A stretch of DNA of 16,444 nucleotides from Rhodothermales bacterium (GTDB lineage: Bacteria > Bacteroidota > Rhodothermia > Rhodothermales > VXPQ01): NCBI GenBank assembly GCA_040904565.1, contig JBBDTI010000087.1, positions 1 to 16,444 of the forward strand. Reading direction: 5' to 3'. Positions 16,087 to 16,444 of this stretch are shown here, piece by piece (positions within the stretch are counted from its first letter, which is position 1; every line of letters begins with the position of its first letter). The position numbers and the translations under genes were made by a program. The notes beneath the pieces are model-generated. The model worked only from the letters and a program-made list of their open reading frames with translations. It was not told the origin of the DNA and ran no database searches.

Positions 16087-16444
16087 ATGCTCGACGAGAA
16101 AGATCGGATCCCGAATCCTTCCGCCGCAACCGATGCCGGTACGGCGATTGCCGGACGCATGCAGGCCTTCGTAGAGGAACTCCAGCGGGTGATCCTCGAT
16201 GGACTGGAGCGGCTCGATGACGGCCGCGCGTTTCGGAAGGATCGGTGGGAGCGGCCCGGTGGTGGAGGAGGAATTACGGCGGTCCTGGCGGAGGGTCGCG
16301 TTTTTGAGAAGGCCGGCGTGAATACCTCGGCCGTATACGGCGAGCTTCCTAAGCGGATGACGGAGGTCCTCGGCGTCGACCCACACCCGTTCTTCGCCAC
16401 GGGGCTGTCCCTCGTCATCCATCCCAGAAATCCGCACGTTCCTA
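16087..16444 (+). CDS. hemF: Oxygen-dependent coproporphyrinogen-III oxidase (5' partial; absent from the ORF track because it runs off the window)
   Basis: Manual translation: MLDEKDRIPNPSAATDAGTAIAGRMQAFVEELQRVILDGLERLDDGRAFRKDRWERPGGGGGITAVLAEGRVFEKAGVNTSAVYGELP...FFATGLSLVIHPRNPHVP, with HemF motifs GGGG, VFEKAGVN and SLVIHPRNPHVP. Alternative ATG at 16159. Confidence 0.96.
   Translation, partial: MLDEKDRIPNPSAATDAGTAIAGRMQAFVEELQRVILDGLERLDDGRAFRKDRWERPGGGGGITAVLAEGRVFEKAGVNTSAVYGELPKRMTEVLGVDPHPFFATGLSLVIHPRNPHVP

Noticed and set aside
16044-16418. N-terminal 125 aa of the 222-aa minus-strand ORF 15750..16418
   Set aside because: It is the antisense shadow of hemF; only the part from ATG 16043 looks like a real protein.

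Overview
GC-rich bacterial core-genome window. Gene content and protein styles suggest the Bacteroidota/Rhodothermota lineage (inference). It begins with a minus-strand tRNA-Arg(CCG). A plus-strand run follows: an unusual sigma-70/ECF-like factor with two region-4-like HTH segments, a CPBP intramembrane protease, a DUF2007-like protein, cdsA, a small basic tail-anchored protein, mutL, tilS and hpt. Next come a minus-strand HD-domain (SAMHD1-like) hydrolase plus histone-deacetylase-family pair, a CE4-type polysaccharide deacetylase, and a minus-strand SEC59/DGK1/VTE5-type lipid kinase plus lipase pair. The window ends in a heme locus: hemE, an RluA-family pseudouridine synthase, a 97-aa minus-strand ORF and the 5' part of hemF. 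The 97-aa ORF is hidden inside an over-extended 222-aa ORF call and has the sequence pattern of an A-domain-only (family 4, DUF1884-like) encapsulin, which is the most interesting element. No mobile element or CRISPR array was seen. All calls rest on motif recognition by eye; no database searches were run.
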